Shown: positions 54,171 to 64,000 of the stretch, piece by piece
How the letters are laid out: each line of letters starts with the position of its first letter
Position numbering within the stretch: position 1 is the first letter of the stretch
NCBI GenBank assembly: GCA_951406725.2
Contig: OX597824.1
Coordinates: 72,354,001-72,418,000, forward strand
From: Octopus vulgaris
Lineage: Eukaryota
DNA: 64,000 nucleotides
Direction: 5' to 3'
Notes under the pieces: generated by a model
What the model was told of the DNA's origin: nothing
What the model saw: only the letters and a program-made list of their open reading frames with translations
The model's database searches: none
Position numbers and translations under genes: made by a program

Positions 54171-54353
54171 GGCACTGGCTGTGTGGTCATTTAATAAAAG
54201 ATAGGGTGGTCATGGTTGGAATGCATTTGATCAGAATCTGCTGGATTGGGGCTAAACTGGCACTGGCTGTGGGGTCATTTAATAAAAGATAGGGTGGTCA
54301 TGGTTGGAATGCATTTGATCAGAAGTCTGCTGGATTGGGGCTAAACTGGCACT
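54171..54353. repeat. Recent ~88-bp tandem duplication
   Basis: ggcactggctgtg...ggggctaaact occurs twice, nearly identical. Confidence 0.88.
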
Positions 54354-54511
54354 AAACAGCAATAATAGCAGACAATTATAATGGGTCAGCTTACCTATAG
54401 TTGATACCATGTGATGGTACAGTTCACTGCTGTTAGTTGTAACATGCAGATGTGTGAGTGCCACCAGATTGGCTTACCTGAGATACACTCTGTAACATGA
54501 AGGCTCTATAG

Positions 54512-54770
54512 CAGTGTTTCTCAACTACATTTTACCTATGGACCCCATTGATTCCTATTTTACTTGGATGGGCCCTGCTAACCATTCAATGCTTAAAAAG
54601 TTCTATTATATTTTTATAATTAAATATTATTAGGAATTATATAAAAAAAATTGTTAAAATATTGTATACTGTAGAAGTATAACCAGTTAATTGCAGATAA
54701 ATTTTAACAACAAAATCTGATATCCCCCCCTCCTCCCTGGAGCCATATGGACCCCAGTTGAGAGCCATTG
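54512..54770. mobile_element. hAT (Charlie-like) MITE
   Basis: TIRs cagtgtttctcaac / gttgagagccattg with 8-bp TSD ctctatag / ttctatag. Confidence 0.8.
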
Positions 54771-57080
54771 TTCTATAGGGTTGCTCAACTTACTGGGGAT
54801 AGTAATAAATTTTCAGTTGACTTACAGAACATTTTAGGGAACTTTAGTCACAACATTATTGACTTGGTTACACCAATTCTCTTATTGCCTTACAGTCTTG
54901 TATTTTAAAGATGAATGGCAGTTTATGGAGGAGCATTTGGTTGCTATTTTGAGCAGTTTCAGTGACTAAGGAAATTCTATTTTAAAGCATTATTATTAGT
55001 AATAGAAAAGTTGTGGGGTTTGGTGGAAACAGTTATTTTATAGCATCTATTTTGGTGTTTTATGGTTCTTTTTCTTTTGGAATCTCATGGTTCTTCTGTT
55101 GGAATCCCATTTGGGTGTTGGCTTTGTTGGCAAAATAAGATTCAGTGATACATCGAGTTAAAATGCAAGCAACTTGCTGGTTCTCAGCTTTCAAAAAGGG
55201 CCTGTTATTTTTTGATTATGAATAATGTCAGTTTTTACAGGGAGACAGAAAAGAGTTGATTCAATTGGCACCAGTATAATATTAGTACTTATACATGGGG
55301 GAGGGTGAAATGCAAAGCTAACTCTTGTGTGATTTGAACTTGGAACTTAGAGTAACCAAAATAAGTGTGGATGTTACTAAATGATGCCCATTGTGGTTGG
55401 GTTGTCTGGAGTAAGGTTGCATTGAATGAATAAATAAATAAATATGCACATTCTTATGGTTAAGGATCTTAGATACTACCACCATTCCTTGCCACACACC
55501 ATGATCTTGTACTAGTCATACACTCTGCCACTTCTTGACATCATCATTCCATCTTTGTTTTTGTCACTCTGAGCCCATTTTCTGTCCACATAGCTCCCAC
55601 TTACCATGTTGATACTACTCCAACATTTTTTATAGCTCCTCTTTCCCTGTTATAGCTACACCTACCATGCTAGGGGTACCACAGCACTTTTATAGTCGCA
55701 CTTACCTGAGTGGTAAATTAGTGATATCCCAACATTACTTTTATAACCGTCTATCTATTAGTCCCTGTTAATTTAGTTATTGTTTAGTCCCAAGCCAACC
55801 TTGATCAAGTAGACCTTTGATTAAAGATATTCTTGCCATGAAGATGCAGTTATTTTGAATATCAGGAAATACGTGGTCCAATTTATGCTTTATTTACAAT
55901 GGAAGGGTGTAATTTGAGGAAGTTGTTTGTTGCTGGTTAATGTCTATATAGAAACTGTTAACCTTTTTGCAGGGAAAATGATGTTTTGGTTGCCAATAGT
56001 ACACAGGCAGGGTGACATTTTGGTCATTTTTGCTGTAACTCAGTGTAAGGCATTCTCCTATTGGCTGATTATTGAATGTTAATGTGCCAACATATCACTA
56101 GAGATACTTGCAGAATTTCCATGATTTTCATGTCTCTAGAATGGTGTATTTTTGGATTTAAATGCTAAAAAGCCATGTGGTGGTTGCTAGTGGTTCACAT
56201 TCTGTTCACAAAAGTTACTTTCATTCAGTGAACACAAAATATTTGATATCACAGAGGAGTTTGACAGTAATAATGAGTGGATTTTGAGTCATATGATGTA
56301 GACATGAGAGGATCTTATGTGTGTAGTTGTGCTGCTGTGTCTAGTAGTGCCTTGAAGGCTTTAGTTGAACAAATCAACCCCAGTTATCAAGCAGTGAGGT
56401 GGAGGGGACAAACACAAGCACAAGGATACACACACATGCACGCGCACACATACACACACATGATGGGTTCCCACACAGTTTAGGTCGACTGTATTCTCTC
56501 ACAAGGCATTTGTTGGCTTGGGGCTTTAGTAGAACACAATTGCCCAAAGTGCTCCCCAGCGGGACTGAATGTGAAACCATGTGATTGCAAAATGAGCTCC
56601 TTAACCACACTGACATGTCTGACAAAATTTCTTTCCGATATAGAGCCATGTTGTGCATGTTGCTGTACGTAATGTTTGGCCATGTGGCATGTATGCTGTT
56701 GGTGGTTGTGGTGTTATTCCGAGTTCACTGTGGTTTACGTTATCGTAGAAAATACAATCTCCCTTACTTCAATCCTTGAGCTCCCAGCTCTTGGTGCAAT
56801 CATTGTATATATACCATTGTCTCATACATGTTTTGGGCATTTAAACCTAGTGAAGCCTGTTCCTCTCCAGATTTAAATACAGCCAATTTCCTCCTCCTCC
56901 TCATCATCATCATCACTATTACAGAGAGAGAGAGAGATGAATTGACTCCACTACTGGATTGTTTTTTTTTGCTCCATTTCAAAGAGATGAAAGACAAAGT
57001 TGACCTTGGCAGGATGCAAACTCAGTGCAAAAAAAAAACAGGACAAATCATTCTGCTCTGTACATTCATAACCCTTTGCT

Positions 57081-57129
<49 letters not shown>

Positions 57130-57309
57130 GAAATATACATGTACCTAAACACATACTAACATAAAAATATAGATCACTTCTTCATAATTATCACATCCTC
57201 TTCACTTTTACCATTTCTGTCATACCAGTTAACCTGGTGTCTCAAATTTGTGTGTTACCCTTTACTTTTCATCCAAAAGTATATATATATATATATATAT
57301 ATATATCAA

Positions 57310-57585
57310 CAATAAAAAGGTAAAATTAATTAATTAATCAATTAATAATTTTACCAAGTAGATCGGTACGTTAAAATAACCTTTTTAGGTAAAATTGCAC
57401 CAATATTCTATAATTATAAACATAATTATAATTAGGGGTCTCAGCTAATTGCTTCATCACATACTGAATTAAGAAATAGGAGTTAAAAAATTCCTTTTCT
57501 ACTATTTCTCCTATTTCTAAATTCGGTATGTGGTGAAGCAATTAGCTGACCCCTAATTATAATTATGTTTGTAATTATAGAATAT
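57310..57585. mobile_element. Fold-back repeat, same family as 2836-3330
   Basis: About 80-bp inverted arms at 57404-57484 and 57508-57585. Confidence 0.6.
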
Positions 57586-57941
57586 ATATATATATATATA
57601 TATTATCCTATAATTGTGTTTTGATGAATAATAAGCCTTTGTTCATTTATTTAGTCGTAATATCAGTCATAATAGTATGGATATCTGACCTTCAAAAAAA
57701 GAAAAAAAAAACTTCTGTTTATATATAATTAGGATATAGTATACATGAGCAAAACATATGAAAGAATGTCAAATTGTAGGCTTGTCTAATCTGTGTAACC
57801 ATGTGAACAAACTGAACACAACAGGCTTTTTCAAAGGGAAGGATGCAAGGAGAGTAAAAATTTTGATATAAAACTATGCCTTATGATTTTATTAATCAAT
57901 TTAATAACATTTTTTCATTTTCTTTCTATTTCCTTCTGCAG

Positions 57942-58062
57942 GGGTTGCCACAAGGACTTTGGTACCTCTCGGTTACCCTCCATAAGAGGCAACGCTACCT
58001 TATGCACCTCATCAGAGAAGAAGCGCAAAAAGAAAAGAGAGGGTGTTACAAGAAAACAGGTG
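57942..58062 (+). CDS. Candidate internal coding exon: GLPQGLWYLSVTLHKRQRYLMHLIREEAQKEKRGCYKKTG
   Basis: Very strong polypyrimidine tract and ctgcag acceptor ending at 57941. Donor at 58059|gtggtc or 58062|gtcagt. Joins exon 22962-23146 in frame. Confidence 0.62.
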
Positions 58063-58922
58063 GTCAGTATTTCTTTTTGTTTTTTACCTTAATTATTTCT
58101 GTAGTATTTTAAACACCTTATTTTTCCCCACTGCTCTTTTTTTTTTTTGTTGGAATAGCATTTTTGCCCTTAGGGGCAGTTCTAGGTATTTGGTTGATTT
58201 TATTTTACTAGTGTAGCAAATGTTTCATATGGAAAAGTCTCTTAAATGTCACAGCTTTTCAGTTTTACTTCCATTTGCTCCTTATCAATCCTTGTAGTTC
58301 TTGCCTATGGTAAAAAGGTTATGACTGGTAATTGAAGTGCCTTGAGTTAAGTTGCATGTGCATGAGTTGCAACAGCTGTGAATTTGTAGAATTGTTAGAG
58401 CACTGGATAAAATGCTGTGCAGCATTTGTTCTGATTCTCAGGTGCTCTGAGTTCAAATCCTACCAAGGTCAAATTTGCCTTTCATCCTTTCAGGGTCAAT
58501 AAAAAAAAAATGTACCAATCCAGGAATCCAGTGCTCAACTGGTACTTAATTTATCAATGTCAAAAGGATGAAAAGCAAAGCTGACCTCTGCAGAATAATA
58601 ATGGTTTCAAATTTTGGCACAAGGCTAGTAATATACCGTGGGGAGGTGAAACTCTGTTACATTGATCCCAGTACTCAACTAGTACTTATTATTATTGTAA
58701 AAGCAGAAGAAATGCTGCTAAGCGTCTAGTTTCACATAGTAATGACTCTGCTGGCTTGCTGTCTTGATGATGACGATGACAGCAGATTGGTGCAAAGTGA
58801 CATAGTATTGGATTAAAATGTCTTGAACTATTTAGTTGCATCTCTTTACATTCTTTGTTCAAATCCTGTTGAATCAACTTTACAATTATCCCCTTCCCCC
58901 TGTGTTAATAATAAAAAAAAAG

Positions 58923-59348
58923 GGTGCTACTTTAGCGTGTGGTCTACTGCAGTATCCTACTTTAGTGTGTGGTCTACCACAGTATCCTGTCTACGCTGTA
59001 AAATTACGCGTAGCATGCAGTCTCCCTTTTCTTACCCATTTTATACTTTAGCATGCGATCTACCTCCACTATAAGAACTTTATACCACAGGATGATAAAA
59101 ACAAATTGAATAATGTTGAATAATGATTTATTAATAACTTACACTTAAATCTTAATTAACGATACACGCTTTGTACATCATTTAGGAATGCCGCAAACAA
59201 ATCTATGTATCTATAGAAATCCTTTAACAGCTTTGTAATGGTTAAAATTAACTCAGGTTAAGAGGGTAAGAAAAGGTAGACCGGACACTAAAAGTAATTT
59301 CACAGCATAGACAGAATACTGTGGTAGACCGCACACTAAAGTAGCACC
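58923..59348. mobile_element. MITE with long TIRs inserted in a SINE
   Basis: ggtgctactttagcgtgtggtctac / gtagaccgcacactaaagtagcacc with internal subrepeats, flanked by aaaaag on both sides. Confidence 0.78.
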
Positions 59349-59509
59349 AAAAAGGTACCAGTGTAATGCTGGGGTGATTCAATTGTTTCAACATCTTTTC
59401 TTCAAATTTGTGCTATTATGTCAATGTAAGCTAACATTGGGCTTAGTAAAAATAAATCTGAAACTTTGCATCCAGCTAAGACATATTGTTATTATTCTAA
59501 TTATTATTG

Positions 59510-61295
59510 AGATGGTGGTGAGCTGGTAGAATTGTTAGTGCATTGGACAAAATGGTTAACAGTATTTCTTCTGGCACTTTATGTTCTGAGTTTAAATTCC
59601 ACTGAAGTTTATTTTGCTTTTCATTGTTTTGAGGTTGATAAAATAAGCATCATTCAAGTGCTGAAGTTGATGAAATTGACCTATTCCCTCTCTTAAAATT
59701 GATGGCCTTGTGCCTTTAGTAGAAAGTGGTAAGCTGACAGAATTGTTGGTGTGCTGGACGAAATGCTTAGCGGTATTTTGCCTATCACTATGTCTGAGTT
59801 CAAATTCCGCCAAGGTTGACTTTACCTTTCATCCTTTAGGGGTTGATAAAATAAGTACCAGTTGAACACTGGGGTCAATGTAATCGACTTATCCCCTCCC
59901 CCCAAATTGCTGCCCTTGTGGCAAAATTTGAAACCATTGTTATTATTATAATATTCTTTCAATTTTGTTTCCATTTTTTGTCCTGTGTCTTCCCAACATC
60001 TAGGGTAAAGAAACTCACTCTATACACTGGTAGGCAATGAAAATAAACACACTAGATTGTCATGTGATAGGAGAAAATGGGAAGAAAGATGGAGAAAAAG
60101 AAAACAAAGAAAATAAGGGACAAAGGAAAGAAAATTCACAGCGACAAAGCTCTTCTCAATATATGTGACATACCAGTTAAGACAATCTTTTGCACCTCCT
60201 GCATGGATGTTAAGCCAGAGATCATCCTCAAATAATAATAATAATAATGATAATAATAATTATCCTTTCAAACACAAAGCCTGAAATTTGGTGGGAGTGA
60301 ATTAGTCGATCACATTGACCCCAGTGTTTCACTGGTACTTAATTTATCAACCCTAAAAGGATGAAAAGCAAAGTCGACCTGGGAGGAATTTGAACTCGGA
60401 ACATAGCGATGGGCGAAATACCGCTAAGCATTTCATTCAGCGTGCTAACAATTTTGCCAGCTCGCTGCCTTAAATAATAATAGTAATAATAATAATAATA
60501 TTTATTATTATTGAGGCAGCAAACTGGTAGAATCATAAACAAGTTTGACAAAGTGCTTACCAGAATATCTTCTGGTTCTATATGTTCTGGGTTCAAATTC
60601 TGCTGAGGTGGACTTTGCCTTTCATCCTTTAGGTGTTGATAAAATAAATACCATTTGGACACTTGGGGTCAATGTAATCAACTTACCCCATCCCTTAAAA
60701 TTGCTGGCCTTGTAGCAAAATCTGAAACCATTAAAGGCAGTGAGTTGGCAGAATCATTAGCACACTGGACAAAATGCATAGCAGCAATTCTTCCTGCTTA
60801 ATGTTCTGGGTTCAAATTCTGCCAAGGTTGATTTTTGCCTTTCATCATTTTGTAGTCAATAAAGTAAAATATGAAGCCCTCAAAAACTGCTGGCTTTGTA
60901 CCTCAATCAGAAATCATTATTAGGAAATACCGTAAAGTATGGTAGAGTTTATAAGATAGTGTAACTATCTTCAGTTTTACAGGGTGAGGAAAAATATAAT
61001 TATATATCATTTACCTAAGGCATCAACAACAAAAGCTGCTTCTATTATAGTTGATCATAATCTGGTCTTAACTGGACTTTTTTTTTCAGTTTGTAACAGT
61101 AATAATCCTTTCTACAATTGGCATAAAGCCTGTAATTTTGTAGGAGGGAGCTAGTCGATTACATAAATTCTAGTACTCAACTGGTACTTATTTTATGGAC
61201 CACAAAAGGATGGAAAGTAAAATTGACCTTGGCGACATTTGAACTCAGAATGTAAAGCCAGTGTAGTAATGATTCTGTCAGCTTTCCACCTTGTT
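59510..61295. mobile_element. Cluster of Meta-like SINEs in mixed orientation
   Basis: Plus copies start near 59510, 59725, 60514 and 60735. Minus copies lie at 60265-60470 and 61105-61295. Confidence 0.8.
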
Positions 61296-61599
61296 TGTAA
61301 CAGTAATAACGATTTTTAACATTATCGTAAGGTCATCACATTTGTGGGAGGAAACTGAATTAATTCAACACAAATACTTGTCTAGTATTCTATTTCATTG
61401 ATTCCAATAATCACCCATTCATCATTTCAAGAATCGATAGAATAATTATCAGTCATATATCAGAAATTAATTTTGTTGATTTACGCACTTTATCTTATGG
61501 ATATCTGGCTTTCTGTCTATCCAAGGATTATGAATGATTTTAATAGATGATGATGAAGCAGTGTTTTAGTTCCCAAAGAGTAAACCATAGCGAAGCACT

Positions 61600-61964
61600 G
61601 ATACATCTTAGATTACATCTCAACAGAGTGACTTAGCTGATGTGTATTCAATCATTAAGGAACATGGTCCAGCCTGTGGCCCACTACTGTGCTGGCTACT
61701 CAGGTACTCCTTGCCTGTTCATCTCTCTACCTCTTGTCACCTTTGTCATCTCTACTACCCTTCCCAAGGCCCTGCACTAACTACCATTCTCAGTCCTTCC
61801 TTCCCAGAATTTCATCCCTCTGGAATCTTCTCTGTTCTCATATCTTTTCTGGAGCTGATGACCTGCAATTGTTTGAATGGAACATGAAAGGTATAAACCT
61901 CACTGTTCTCAGAAGGCCTGCAAATGTCATCGGTACTGTCCTTTCTTCCAAACTTATCAAATAG
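61600..61964 (+). mobile_element. 3' end of a CR1/L2/Jockey-group LINE ORF2
   Basis: YHSQSFLPRISSLWNLLCSHIF...DLQLF matches the typical SF.PRT..LWN.LP C-terminal motif of these LINEs. Confidence 0.72.
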
Positions 61965-64000
61965 AGGGAAAAAGAAAAAAAAAAGCCTGCTGGTGTAAAG
62001 ATGGTAACTTGTACTCAATCATTCTTCCAATGTTTTGTCCATGCTCAAACTTTTACTGACAGATCCTTCTAATTATGAAAAGTTGGGTAACTGATTCTGT
62101 TATTTCATTTATAAGTTGAATAAAACATTGATTAAAACTGTTGAGGCCTATATTGTTTTCAGATCGTTAAGGTTTGGAATTCAGCTACCCAGCATCTGAA
62201 TATTCTAGAAATTTGACCAAGAAATTTGGTTTGAACAAGCATTCTGTAGGATTTTAGTTTAATACCTAGTTAGTTCCACTTAAAGTTTCAGTAGTGTTCA
62301 TTCATGCTCTGGGAGAAATATGTCACATTCTACCATTTATCTCTTCTAAAAATAATCCTGTTTCTTTCTAGCTTCTACCATTTTTTTCCCTTAAATAAAG
62401 TTGTATTTTCTAAGTTATGTTATTTTTTATTGAAAACAATTAAAGGCCTTATTTCGCCATGTCCTCTTCGATTTCTTTACTAAACTGACTTGTTAATAAA
62501 AGTTCTCCATGTAAATAAATGCTTATGTTAATTTAAAAAGTTGCCAGCAAAATCTTTTAAAATGACAATGTTTTAAAAGGTGTACATCTTTATGTTATAT
62601 GTGAAAATAAAACAATATATATATATAAGAGACGGAAAAAAATTAATTATTATGCTTTTATTTCCAGAAACTTTGCTATCATTGTATCTGAACTATTACC
62701 AGTTTACAGAATTTCATTTGGATAGCATATTCAAATACGGCGACGACAACCGGCTACCAAGGGAGGTAATCACTCATTCTGTTATTCTACTTTCTAGTTA
62801 CCTTTTCTTAGACTCGTGTCTCGTGACAGTTTTTACTTGTTTATGTTCGGGGCGAGCACGACCAACTGTCTGGGTAAAAGTGGGGTTTCTGATCTGAAAG
62901 CCTTTTATCCCTTTGCTTGTTGGGTTCCAATGTCCGTTATTTAGGCTAGGTTTGACTATTTCAAGACAGGCTAAACAAACTCCCGCCCCCTTTCTAATCA
63001 CTGTCTGTCCGGCCTCACGTGTGTCTGTCTGTTTGTCTGTTTCTCTCCCCTTCCCCCTCTCTTACTCCCGGTTATGTTGCATCATAAGACACACAGGTGA
63101 GTGGGTGAAACGGAGGAAGGACGTGATGTACGTATACAGCTGATAGGTGGAGGCGTATTAATGATAGAGCATATGTATCGGCAAATAAATCTACCAACCC
63201 ATTTATAATAGGGTCCACGATCTTGTTAATTTATAAACCTTTCTGGTATCTAAAGTACACTTTTATAATGAAAAAGATATACGATAGTGATGGCGGTGAT
63301 GGTTAGAAACTTTCTGTATGCCATTTTGATCATTGATCCATATTGAGGACTTTTTTTTTTTTTTTTATCACAGTGTCTCTATTATAGTATGTCGGCCTGT
63401 CAGAGCCAGTCCCTGTTGAGTTACACCCAAAGCAGCAAACCAACGCAATATGTGTCAGTTTTACTGTTGTAATTTCAAAGATTTGTTTTGAAAGAAAAAG
63501 TAAAAATAAATAAATAAACAAGAATACATCGTATAATATAGTCTGGAGTATACAATGCCTGAATAGAGACGAGATTAAACATGACGGCATTTTGGATCGT
63601 AGGTCTTCTCGGTGGGGGCTAACCTTGTGCTAAGCAACTTGTTAAGGCCATTGAGAGCTCAGTCTTCTCTAGTGTCTTGATGGAATATGAGTTGCTGTTT
63701 TAGTCTTTTGATTTGGCTAACTCTTGCTTATGAAACGATAGAAATTTCTAGTATAACATGTTAGTTGTTTTTGGAGCAGATTTTGGCAGAACATGTCTAC
63801 TTTACATCGCTGCTGTATAAGCCTGTTAATCAACGTGTATTCCTTTTTTTTTTTTTAATCTTTGAACGGTGGTCTTCATTTTATGATCTGAAAAATGAAA
63901 CCACTAAACTTGACAAATCATCATTTGCCAGAAACTCGGCAGTAATATGAATGTGAAAAAATTGCTACTTTTGAAACTGAATGTTTATATATCAGAACAT

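Noticed and set aside
62880-63100. GC box and cag|gtgagt donor as an alternative first exon
   Set aside because: Only short motifs, which is not enough support without transcript data.

Overview
AT-rich, microsatellite-dense animal genomic DNA with no prokaryotic features. The repeat content suggests a coleoid cephalopod, probably Octopus (inference, not searched): tRNA-derived SINEs with CORE-like and Meta-like domains, (GAT)n-tailed RTE-related short elements, non-autonomous Helitrons, and mariner and Tx1/L1 relics. Most of the window looks like the 5' region and a ~35 kb intron of an unidentified + strand gene. Its candidate coding exons 22962-23146 and 57942-58059/58062 are phase-compatible and are open in two reading frames. 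A small antisense coiled-coil gene may be nested in that intron (37087-37056 and 34805-34645). Almost all ORFs in the supplied track are microsatellite artefacts. The most interesting signal is a SINE variant whose 3' tail matches a Tx1/L1 LINE 3' end in the same window. At three loci that tail is joined to a (G/A)GTATT(T/C)C motif, which also lies inside the SINE head, suggesting a self-targeting, sequence-specific retroelement. Candidate hammerhead and HDV-like ribozyme relics and many fold-back elements are also noted. All calls are by eye and repeat boundaries are approximate unless stated.
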